Of a stretch of 64,000 nucleotides of DNA, positions 52,715 to 64,000 are shown piece after piece (positions within the stretch are counted from its first letter, which is position 1; each line of letters opens with the position of its first letter). The translations under genes and the position numbers were made by a program. Source of the DNA: Heptranchias perlo (lineage: Eukaryota); the NCBI RefSeq assembly GCF_035084215.1, contig NC_090333.1, positions 60,574,001 through 60,638,000 on the forward strand. The letters run 5' to 3'. A model generated the notes under the pieces. It searched no databases, was not told the DNA's origin, and saw only the letters and a list, made by a program, of their open reading frames with translations.

Positions 52715-54924
52715 CTATTACATGTATAAAAAAAAACAATTAATTAAATGCCGTTGAGCTTCCAAAATATACACGAGTTCTACAAAAATAGTTTTATGCA
52801 CATAGACTCAGAACAGGCTGTAATTAAATCACAAGATTCTCTTTTTAAAAATTGTAGAAATCTTATCAGTTCTCAAAAGGATTTAAATACATCTCAGATT
52901 TATGGGTTTCATTTTTGTGTTTACATAATTCAAATTGTTTTTTTTGGGTCAGCCAGATGTTGGAGATATGTGGAAGCCCACCACCATGCTTAGGAATCTC
53001 CAAACCAAGCTACTGAGAAATCCAGAGAAAGTGTTTGTTTGCGTGACATGGAGTCCACTCTCTCCCCACACAAGGACATACCCTACTTACGCAAGTCCAG
53101 AGCTTAACCAGCTAAACCAACACTGTTTACCAGCATGGAACACTGGTAAACGTCCCATTGCTTGTATAGCCAGGATGACCATTTCAGATAGGGTTTACAG
53201 GGTCACGTGAAGTGGGAAGAATTCCAATTCTCAGTGACAGTTCTACCCCTTAAGAGTCCCATTAGCAAGCTAAGTTGGTTGGTCAATCATCAGAAGTGCA
53301 GCCACACTGCCTGAGCATTTTTTCCACTAGAGAACCTGCAGGCCAGAACATGTACTTCTGCCAAATGTGTTTACTGCCCCTCGAGCCAAAATGGCTAAAA
53401 ACATAAATTGGCATGTAGAGCTGAAGGGAACAGGGGCGATTTGAAAATGGTGCACAAGGCTGAAAAAAATAGGAAGCCCTGAGGTGGAAGGGAGCAAGGC
53501 TCGCACTGCAAACAGGGAGCCCGGTGGTGCATCAATGGCCTGCAAGGCCAAAGAAAAAGTCGTGGAATGGAAGGGAGCTGAGCTATTGGTGCAATAAAAA
53601 AAAAATCTAAAATGGCCTGTAGGGCTGAAGGATGCTGGAATGGTGCAAAAATGGCCCGTAGGGCCAAAAATAGATAGGCTGGACCTGCGGGGAACATGAT
53701 CAGGGCAGGAGGGAAAATATCAGTGGGACTAGAGGAAGCAGGGCACAAGGCCAAAAAGAGGAATTGAAAGTCCGAGGAAGGCACGAAATCTAAAGGAAAG
53801 AAACTTTAAATTTACTTACCTTGGAAGGCTACACTGAGGCAAATTTTTAGTTGCATTAATAAAACCTCAGTTGCTAGATGACAAGATGGTGGTGGTGATG
53901 TACTACAGAACCACACAGTGGTGAGGTCTGCAAGTGCGCTACGACAGGCAACTGCTTACATGGAAATTCCCATTATAAATATTAACAGAGTTTTCATTAT
54001 AGATTTTGAATTAAAAGCATTACTTAAAAATCATGTCAACAGGTGGTGAGGTTTATGCACCAAAAGTGTGTCATATACAAGACTTAATAATAGATAAATA
54101 CATAGCTAGATAGACGACCCACAATATATTAAAATTCTTGAGTCACAAACTCCATTGAAAACTGTTTTGTAAACATTTATAATGGGATTTACAATGTTAA
54201 AATATCCAGTTAGCTGTCACAATTCTCTGTCATGCCTGTAGGTGGCACTCTTAATAGAATTTATTATGTTAATCTGATCAAACAGCTGTCACAGCTCCCT
54301 GTCAGACCATCAAGTCCAGCTGTACAACATGATCACAACTACTTCTCCATTGCTGCTGCTGTTGAGGGTAAATTACTTTTAGATTTTTAACTGCTGAAAT
54401 ATTATTTAAAGGATTTTATTTGCCTCTCGAAGAAACCTTTGTAGCCCTCCAATCTGAACTAGCCATAATGCTCTTTGTCAGAGACCACAAACTCAATCTG
54501 CTACTCCTTGTGCTTTTGCTACAACTTCTCCCATTTGGCTGGCTGCCTTGGCTACTGCCTGTGAGCATGCCAGAAATGTACTGCAATCAACCAACACACA
54601 CAAACCACACAGTGAATAAGTGAGTACCAATTAACAGTAACCAAAATTTTAAAAAATGGAAAAATCTGATATCCTCATCAGAGTACATAAATTTAATGGG
54701 GTCAGATCCAGTGCAACAGGCAGTCAATCTTTCAAGCAGCCAATATAAGAGGAAACGAGAGGCTACAGATTAGAAGATCAAAAAGAAAGGAACAATCTCT
54801 GTTTGGAAGAACAAAAAATAACCATGCAACTGAAAGTAAACTAAGGCTATTGTTAAATTCCTTCTTCGCACAACAAAAAAAAATTGAATTATCAAAAAAA
54901 AACTTCCATGGTTCCCTTCCTCAC

Positions 54925-54951
54925 CACGTTTTGCCATCCATGACCTCCTAA
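54925..54951 (-). CDS. WDR47: Candidate 27-nt WDR47 microexon (LGGHGWQNV)
   Basis: ttcttttcag|TTA...GTG|gtgagg; phase 0-0 as the intron requires; ~130-nt AG-free pyrimidine tract upstream. Confidence 0.5.
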
Positions 54952-55279
54952 CTGAAAAGAAACAGGAAAAGAGAGAGCAGAAGAGGACATGTACAGAAAC
55001 ATAAACACAAAAGGCAGAGACAGGATTCAAAACCCAAAGAGAAACACAATGAGAAACAGCAACACGATGCGAGGGAGGCAGAAGGCTGACCATATTTTCC
55101 AAAGCTATGGGAGATCTATTAGTATATAGGAAACGGGTGGAGGCAGAAAGTTAATACCAAACAAGTATGCCTCCATTAACAATCTGCTTGTGTGACAATC
55201 TTTGTTAGCTCACAACACATAGCACACACCAATAAATTCTGAATCTATCCATTAATAAAGCTTTACAAGTGAACAGTAC

Positions 55280-55373
55280 CTCTTCGTTCTTTGTCCCATT
55301 TCCACTGACCGAAGCATTTTCCACTGTTGGTGAGCTTATTGCAGGGTCTTTTAATGCAGATGAAGAATCTGCA
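55280..55373 (-). CDS. WDR47: WDR47 linker exon
   Basis: ttctgtag|T...GAG|gtactg; 94 nt, phase 2-0; ADSSSALKDPAISSPTVENASVSGNGTKNEE. Confidence 0.85.
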
Positions 55374-55862
55374 CTACAGAAAAATAAAATAAAAAAGGTT
55401 TTGTTACTTACACCAGAGATACTTTTTAAGTAGTTTAGGATAATGTACTGTTTCAAAAAAAAACCAAGCTCAAGGAGCAATTAACTTTAAGTGTAATTGT
55501 CAAGTACTTACAACAGTGAACCTGTTGAGGTAACACGTTAAGTCAGATGGTTTGGGAGTGCAGTTTAGAACTGATTCCAGTAATAATTATTCAGTTTTCA
55601 CAACTATAGCAACATTTTTAAAAGCCAGTTATGTTACAATTTTGCTAGGTTTGACAACATCTCAGCAGAGGTTGGGAGGGAAAAAACACATTAATGTGCT
55701 GCTTTGTAATGGGCTAAAGCCCCTCAGTTTACACCACCTCAGCAGGGCTGGCTCAGCATATGGCAGATTAAATGGAGGAAATATTTGTTCCAGAGGATAT
55801 TGTAAATGAAAATGCTTCACTGCATTTCAATTATTTACACATCATAAATATGTATAAACATA

Positions 55863-56820
55863 AGACCGTAAGAAATAGGAGCAGGATTAGGCAATACGGC
55901 CCCTCGAACCTGCTCCGCCATTCAATAAGAACATGGCTGATCTTCTACCTCAACTGCACTTTCTCGTCCTGATTCCCTTAGTGTCCAAATATCCATCGAT
56001 CTCAGTCTTGAATATACTCAACGACTGAGCATCCACAGTTCTCTGGGGTCAAGAATTCCAAAGATTCACAACCCTCTGAGTGAAGAAATTTTTCCTCATC
56101 TCGGACCTAAATGGCCGACCCCTTTTCCGGGACGACGACCTCAAGTTCTAGACTCTCCAATCAGGGGAAACAGCCTCTCAGCATCTACCCTGTCAAGCCC
56201 TCTAAGAATTTGAAATCACCTCTCATTCTTCTAAACTCCAGAGAATATAGGCCCTTTCTACTCAATCTCTCCTCATAGGACAACACTCTCATCCCAGGAA
56301 TCAATCTAGCGAATCTTCATTTCTAAGGCAAGTATATCCTTCTTTGGGTAAGGAGACTAAAACTACACAGTACGCCAGGTACGGTCTCACCAGAACCCTA
56401 TATAATTGCAGCAAGACCTCCTTACTTTTATACCCTTAACCCCCTTGCAATTAAGGTTAACATACCATTTGCCTTCCTAACTGAATGCCAACTTTGTGTT
56501 TCGTGCACAAGGATACCCAAATCTCTCTGAAAACCAACATTTAATAGTTTCTCAACATTTCAAAAATATTCCGTTTTTCTATTTTTCCTACCGAAGTGAA
56601 TGACCTCACATTTCCCCACATTATACTCCATCTGCCACCTTCTCGCCCACTCTCTTAACCTGTCTATATCCTTTGCAGCCTCTTTGCGTCCTCCTCACAG
56701 CTTATTTTCCCACCTAGCTTTGTATCATCAGCAAACTTGGATACATTACACTCAGTCCCCTCATCTAAGTCATTAATATAGATTGTTAACAGCTGAGGCC
56801 CAAGCACTGATCCTTGCGGC
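55863..56820 (-). mobile_element. CR1 family A 3' fragment
   Basis: [17 protein letters not shown] through to tail. Confidence 0.92.
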
Positions 56821-56914
56821 ATAAAAGGAGACTTGCAGCAAATATTATTAATAAACACACTGCACAATTTCCAGTCATGCGTCGATACTGTTTGCTGAAA
56901 TATACATATCTTAC

Positions 56915-57178
56915 TTTTGCATGGAAAAGAATGAGGACACTTCAGTATAGGGGAATACATTTCCTGTACTGGGTTTACTTGGAGTACTTGAGCACTGGTT
57001 CAAGCTCTCAGACAATCCTGAACACTGCTGATTAACTTCAAGTGGTGTTAAAAACTTTGTGGCTGAAGAGCCATTTTGTATATTTGGTTGGTTTCCATTA
57101 TACGGTTGGTTAGGAGACTGCGTCTCAGTGCTAAGGTTATCCATTCCTAGATTTAATTCTTCTAGCTTCTGCATTGAT
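56915..57178 (-). CDS. WDR47: WDR47 exon
   Basis: 264 nt, phase 2-2; [15 protein letters not shown]... Confidence 0.92.
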
Positions 57179-57315
57179 CTGTAAGAAAATACAAAACCAA
57201 ATCATACTATCAACTTCACCAAATGCAGTGATTAAAAAAAAATTCTAATGCTATAGTATTTTATTTCAAATATGTATGCCCACTGTTTAAATTGCATTTT
57301 CACAGAATATTCTTA

Positions 57316-57594
<279 letters not shown>

Positions 57595-57829
57595 TTACAT
57601 GAATAAATTATTTGCATTTATAAGCCTATTTAAATTGTAATTCAAACTTTGTGTTTTACATTTCAGTCTAATCAAGCAGAATCTTGTGCCGCATGTTCTG
57701 AACTGTATACTGCTGTTCTGTCAAGAAACCCAACTTGTAGCATTGTATTTTATCACAACTAGGGGAATGCCACTTCATCAAATTGCATTCTGGATAACAG
57801 TCCAGCAATAATGCAAGATTAGAAAATAC

Positions 57830-58542
57830 AAGGAATTTCTTCACTTAGAGCGCTGTGAATCTTTGGAATTCTGTACCCTAGAGGGCTGTGGATGCTCAGT
57901 CGTTGAGTATATTCAAGACTGAGTTCGATAGATTTTTGGACTCCAAATGCACTGTATGTTATAGCACTAAACCATGCAACCCTGCAAGGTTCCAGATACA
58001 ATCTCTGATCTGGGGCAGCGATATACTGAAGGATCATAAGAAATAGGAGCAGGAGTAGGCCATACGGCCCCTCGAGCCTGCACCGCCATTCAATGAAATC
58101 ATGGCTGATCTTCGACCTTAACTCCAATTTCCCGCCTAATTCCCATATCCTTTGATTCCCTTAGAGTCCACAAATCTATCGAACTCAGTCTTGAATATAC
58201 TCAACGACTGAACATCCACAGCCCCTCTGGGGTAGAGAATTCCAAAGATTCACACCCTTTGAGTGAAGAAACTTCTCCTCATCTCAGTCCTAAATGGCTA
58301 ACTCCTTATCCTGAGACTATGACCTCTAGTTCTAGATTTACCAGCCAGGGGAAACAGCCCCTCAGCATCTACCTTGTCAAGCCTTCTCAGAATCTTATAT
58401 GTTTCAATGAGATCACCTTTTATTCTTCTAAACTCCAGATAGTATAGGCCCATTCTACTCAATCTCTCCTCATTGGAGAACCCTCTCAACCCAGGAATCA
58501 ATCTAGTGAACCTTCATTGCTCTGCCTCTAAGGCAAGTATAT
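57830..58542. mobile_element. Two CR1 3' fragments in opposite orientation (57830-57942 +, 58033-58542 -)
   Basis: 57830-57942 is the reverse complement of about 58165-58275 and 55980-56095. Confidence 0.85.
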
Positions 58543-58989
58543 CAGTTTTCTTTAGGAGCCAAAAACCTGTGAAAAGTTGCAACCTGTAGTTGTGCTTCAA
58601 GAATAGTCAAAGACTCTAAAGAAAGAAGATAATACTGTGTTTATTAACTCCTTAAAAAAGACTGCTGTTAATCATTATCCACAATGCACCAGATAAAAGA
58701 GAATCAATAGCATTTCTCAGAGCTGAAGCTGGAATTCTCCACAATGCGTAGACCAGAACAAATGAGAAATAACGGAGTTTGCCTAATGCTATAGTCTGAT
58801 GAACTGTAACTGTAACATTATAAGTACTATAACAGGAGAACTTTCCTTATAAACACTTTCAGACGGTTTTGAAAACATTTACACTAATAAGGTTTTTTTC
58901 AAAAAAAACAAAATCAGTTATTTTAAACTGTTTATCTTCAAAATTGAATTACATGCAATTGCTTCTCCCATTTTTGCCAGACTAGCCAA

Positions 58990-60388
58990 CATTTTTAAGT
59001 CAAACAAGTCACTAAATGAGCAACGCAAACAATTCTGAGCATCTTGAGACAGGCTGCTGGAGTCAGAGGATAAGGAGCTATGTCATAATCTTCAAAATTT
59101 TCACTATCCACACTAATTTCATTATTTAATTCCAGCTCAAACCTTTGAGAGAGTTTGGGTGATCAAAAAGTCATCAATGTGATACTGTCAGACTGAGGAA
59201 CATAAGCAGACATCAGTCCTGCTTGCTGAAGTTTCTCCCAAATGCTCTGCAGCTCAGGGCCAGCTTCAATTTCTTCGAGCTCCACCAAATTCTCCTCTTC
59301 TTTACTGATGATATCCGCACAATGAATGCAGTTCGCAATGATGCTCTGAGTCACAAGATCCTAACTTCTAGCAACCAGATTCATGGTTAAGAGTTCAGTC
59401 TTGGCCTCGTAACCAGCTAGTCTTTTTCTAGCCAGAAACCTCCGACAGTTACCTTTGAAAAGTTTGACAACTCCAGCGCCCATTGCCTGAAGCTTAGAAG
59501 CGGTATTTTTTGGAAGATGGACAAGTTCTAAATTCATTAAGCCAGAAATTTCAGGGTGTGTAGGGCAGTTATCCACAATGATGAATGCACTTGAAATTTT
59601 CTGTCCAGGGATCAAATATAATCCTCAGAAATCATACAAGTCAGCCAAGATTGCCAACTGAAACAGAAAATGATACCTATAATGAAGTGTCAAACATTTT
59701 TGAAATACATTGGTTGCTCACTTTTACTGATGAAGGAAGAGGAAGCTTTTCAGATCCGTCCATATTGTCACCCAGAAGAATTATGGCTCCTTGCTGTTTC
59801 CCATCAACATACATCCTGTCGCTAATGGTGTGCATCCTCCCTGGCAGGAGCTTCCAGAAAAGTCCCTCTTCATTGAGGTTGAACACATCACAAGGCCAGC
59901 ACTTTTGAAGTAATGCAGGTAGAGTTGATGAAAGCCATTCTTGTGTCATTTCAGGGGTCACTTCATTGGCTCTCCAACCATTTTTAAAAAAAAATGAGTT
60001 ATGACGTGAACTTTTTCCTATCTCTTGATCCATCCCAAATTGACTTTAGAGAAATTAATAAACCCAATTTGTTCTGCAACTTTGAGAGCTTTTTCCAATA
60101 AAATTGGTTCTGAAATTCCAGGGAGTTTTTAAATGACATGATGCCTTGAACCATTCAAGAAGATCTGCTCCAACATCATTGAGTTTAGAAGTGCACAACC
60201 ATTTCATGTCACATCTGAAATCTCTGCTTCTGACCTGTTTCAAGGCAGAATCCTATTGTTCTTTGTAGATTTTGCTGATGGCTGCCTGAGAGATATCATA
60301 TTCTTTTGGTAATTCAGTCTATGACTTTGACTTTTTGTCCAGAAAGGTGATAATTCTGTATTTGTAGCTCAAATTCAGATCTGTGCGC
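58990..60388 (-). mobile_element. pogo/Tigger (TIGD-like) transposase relic; 5' portion probably at 62381-62570
   Basis: HTH TDLNLSYKYRII...EYDISQAAISKI; LLEWF; DVFNLNEEGLFWKLLP; IIVDNCPTHP; LPKNTASKLQAMGAGVV (DDE_1). Confidence 0.85.
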
Positions 60389-62380
60389 TTCGGTCTTCCC
60401 AATATTTAGTTGGAGGAAACATTTGCTCATGCAGTACTCGGATGTCAGACAAATCAGAAACAGTGGAGGGATTGAGGGAGGTGGTCGTGAGGTAGAGCTG
60501 GGTACTATCAGCATCCATGTGGAACCTGACTTTGTGTTCTCGGATGATGTCGTCGAGGAGCAGCATGTAGATGAGAAATAGGAGGGGACCAAGGATAGAT
60601 CCTTGGGGGGCACCAGAGGTAATGGTGCGGGAGCAGGAAGAGAAGCCATTGCAGGTGATTCTCTGGCTACAACTGGATAGATAAGAATGGAAATAGGCAA
60701 GCGCAGTCCCACCCAGCTGGATGACCAAGGAGAGGTGTTGGAGAAGGATGGCCTGGTCAACCATGTCAAAGGGTGCAGACAGGTGGAGAAGGATGAGGAG
60801 GGATAGTTTACCAAGGCCACAATCACATAAGATATCACTTGTGACTTTGATAAGGGCCGTTTCAGTACTGTGGCGGGGCGGAAACCCAATCAGAAGGATT
60901 CAAACATGGAGTTGCAGGAAAGATGGGCACGGATTTGGAAGGTGACAACTCATTCAAGGACTTGAGAGGAAAGGGAGGTTGGAGATGAGGCTGTAGTGTG
61001 CAAGGTTAGAGGGGTGAAAGGTGGGTGATGATGACAGATTTAAAGGGGAGGGGGACAGTACCCGAGGAGAGGGGACCATTAACAATATCAGCTAACATGG
61101 GGGCCAGAAAGGGAAGTTGGGTGGTCAGCAGTTTGGTGGTAACAGGGCCGAGGGAGCAGGAGGTGGGTCTTGTGGTCAAGATGAGCTTGGAGAGGGCATG
61201 ACGGGAGATAAGAGAGAAAGCTGAGAAAGTTGCGAGTTCAGGGCTAGGGCAGGGGGGAACCGTAGGGGAAGTTTGGCTTGGTAGGCTAGGAGAAGGGAGG
61301 AAAGTGGCAGAGACAGGTGAACGGATGATCTCAATCTTAGTGGCAAAGTAGTCCATGAGCTCCTCGCACCTGTTGTTGGAGGTGAGGGTGGAGGAGGCAG
61401 GGGAGAAGGGTTTAAGAAAACAGTTTGTAGTGACGAGAAGCTGGGGGTTATCTTTGCATGATAATGCACTATGTGGTCCAGCCAGATCTGGCGATGAATG
61501 GCTCAACCAGTTGTCTGCCTTAAGCGTTTAAGGCTGTGTCCCTTGGACTCAAGGGAGAGCCGATGAGGGCCATATCCAGGGGAACGACCAAGGTGAGAGA
61601 GTGTAATGGTTTTAACGGGAACAAGGGCAAAGGTTAAGGTGAAGGTGTGATTGAGCAGATTGGTAGCTGCAGAAATGTTGTGGTGAGGGCCAAAGACTAA
61701 CAGTTAGGAATTTGAAAGTGCTGTTGTAAGTGACTTGGGAGGGGGAAAGAGTTTTTTTCAGGGGCGAACACAGAAGGAAATGGAGTTGGGAGGGGGAAGG
61801 GGAATGCAGTTGGAGAGGGATACAAGGAGATGATCAGAGATGGCCTTATCCGTGATTGACACGTTGAGAGTAGAGAGGCCACCTGAGATGGCAAGTTCGA
61901 GAGGGTGGCTGTGAATATGGGTAGGGGAGTTTATATGAAGGGAGAGATTAAGGGAGGATAGGAGGGCTGTGAACTCAGAGGAGAGAGAACATGATGAGTT
62001 GAGATGGAGGTTGAAATCACCAAGGATGAGAAGTCGCTCGCTCGTGCAGAGGCTGAGGGAGAAAAGCAGTGATGATATCTCGATGAGAAACTTGGGGTGG
62101 TATATGGGTGGGCGGTAGAGAACGAGGATTTTAAAGGAGAGGTGAGAGGGATGGAACAAGGCAAGATACTCAAAGGAGGAGGAGTAGGGGGACTGACCAA
62201 GGTGTGACTTAGTGATAAGATCCACACCGCCACTGTGGTGGTCTGGGCGGGGCAAGTGGTGGAAGATATAGCCAGACAGGGAGGCTTCTTTAAGAGGGAA
62301 GGTGTCATCACCTGTCAGCCAGATTTCCATCAAGGCCATGATGTCGATGCAATCATCCACAATAAGCTCAAAAATACGTG
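60389..62380 (-). mobile_element. L2 LINE (EN + RT), inserted near the start of the Tigger ORF
   Basis: MALMEIWL, GGV, YRPP, ILGDFNLH; QGSILGPLLFLIYM, FHMDADSTQLY, LNIGKTEA. Confidence 0.92.
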
Positions 62381-63489
62381 CAACATTATTTGACCTTTCG
62401 TTATGTGGGACTGCAAATTTGCATAACATTAGATGAATTATAACATTATACAGGAATAACAATACGCAAACTCAAATGTGTACAAAACATACTAAGCACA
62501 GCCGGGGCTGGCCGTCATTATAACATTATGTGGATTATAACAATAGGTGACTTAACATTATGCGACCTTGACTTTAATTTGTAACTAAGCTACTGAAAAG
62601 TACAAAGAAATATAGAGATAAATTATTACTGACTAACATCTTACTTGAGCTGTGCCTTGTGATCATTGAAATGCACAGACATCAGCCATGAATTTAGTAT
62701 CCTATTCTACCCTGAAGGTGGCAATGGAAAAGCAGACAGATATAATCTAATGTAACAAATTAGAGTTATCTCAAGAGGCACTTTTGTAGGTTAATGGCTA
62801 AGCATGTTGATTTTCTGTGAGTTTTGTTGCTTTCTAATATATTAGCAAGGACAGCTTGTGAATTTTAACAAAAAGCAAAATACTGCAGATATTGGATTTC
62901 TGAAATAAAAATGAAATGCTGGAAACAGTCAGCAGGTCAAGCAGCAGTTGTGAAGAGAGAAAGGATCATTGAGCTAAAACATTAACCCTACCCTCCTCTC
63001 TCCACAAATGCTTCCTGATCTGCTGAGTGTTTCCAGCATTTTCTGTTTTCATTTGTGAATTTTAATGACGGACAGCACACTTGTATCACAGCAGAGATCC
63101 TTTTGTATAGTTTACTAATGCTCAATATTGTAAACCACAAAAGCAACAATGTTACATGGCAGCACATGGGATTCAAAGCTCAATGGCAAGGTTGCAAATG
63201 GTCTGGTTCCTTTAACAATTTAAAATTGTAATTTCAGTTTAGAAGAATGTCCAGACTACAACATAGGAGCATTCCAATTACTAGTATGAAAAAGTAAAAT
63301 ACAATGAAACCAAACAGTGCCAATCCTAAAAATATCCCAGATTTTAACCTTAATTAAAAGAGCGTCTGCTTATAAAAGAGATCATGATAACAGAGTTCAA
63401 TGAGATTCTAAACTGAAATTACAATTTAAAGTTGTTGTAAGGAACCAGACCATTCAGACTTTGCTTCGAGCTTTGAATCCCACTTTCTA

Positions 63490-63970
63490 TCCCTTACCGA
63501 GGCCATTGCTCCCACTTCTGCAACTCTGCCTGTCTCTGCCCCTCTGCTGCTGAAATGCTTATACATTCCTTCATTGCCTCAAGACTGGACAACTCAAATG
63601 CTCTCCTTTCTGGCCTCCAACTTATTAAATTCAAAATCTCTGACCTCATCTATAAATCCTTCCTTGGCCTTGTTCTATCCTATCTCTGCCATCTCTTCCA
63701 GCCCTATATGCTCTCCGGAATGCTTAGTTCCTTTAACTCCTACCATCTTTGCATCCTACCTCCCTTCATTCCAGCATTGGTGGCAGAGCTTTTAGCCACC
63801 TTGCTCCAACTCTGGAAGTCCTTCACTGATCCTCAAAACTCATTTTGACCAAGCTTTCTGTCACCCCTCCTAATCTTTCCTCTTCCTGGCTTGGTGTTTG
63901 TTTTGCTTATACCTAGTTGTGAAGCACCTCAGGATGTTTCTTTACATTGCAAGTGTGATATAAATGCAAG
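63490..63970 (+). mobile_element. L2 LINE 3' fragment
   Basis: AEMLIHSFIASRLDNSNALLSGL; tail tgatataaatgcaag. Confidence 0.8.
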
Positions 63971-64000
63971 CTGCAGTATATGTTTAGGAACAGGAGTAGG

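Noticed and set aside
53327-53784. ORFs and loosely repeated aatggcc...aaaa motifs
   Set aside because: No recognisable protein, splice context or clear periodicity; probably a decayed repeat
55368-55373. Alternative CAG acceptor 5 nt inside the WDR47 linker exon
   Set aside because: The upstream exon ends in phase 2, so only the 55373 acceptor keeps the frame
58990-60388. Functional TIGD-like gene
   Set aside because: Multiple stops and frameshifts, altered DDE residues and an L2 insertion; TIR pair could not be confirmed
62600-63480. A further upstream WDR47 exon
   Set aside because: No frame with WDR47 similarity and compatible splice sites was found; earlier exons probably lie beyond the window

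Overview
Vertebrate genomic DNA, most likely a cartilaginous fish (inferred from the CR1/L2/DeuSINE/Penelope repeat content). Two spliced genes lie in tandem on the minus strand. The first is the 3' half of WDR47 (9 coding exons, 57576->37526, polyA signals near 36600). It is followed about 1.4 kb later by the promoter and first 7 coding exons of CLCC1 (24295->597, continuing off the left end), the same neighbourhood as human 1p13.3. Splice phases are consistent across both exon chains. Introns are filled with repeats: two CR1-group LINE families, L2, Deu-domain and LF-SINE-like SINEs, a Neptune-type Penelope-like element, Harbinger, hAT-Charlie and pogo/Tigger DNA transposon relics, and a Gypsy integrase relic. 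The less obvious signals are: (1) a RASD1-like small GTPase pseudogene, antisense in a CLCC1 intron, visible only after removing a CR1+minisatellite insertion; (2) a young Penelope-like element with a minimal hammerhead ribozyme, plus a 126-bp relative showing an inverted 3'-tail junction with target microhomology; (3) a candidate 27-nt WDR47 microexon and a candidate alternative terminal exon just before the WD40 domain; (4) a 3-4 level transposon nest; (5) two unexplained pairs of repeats flanking WDR47 exons. Family names come from recalled motifs, not database searches, and repeat boundaries are approximate.
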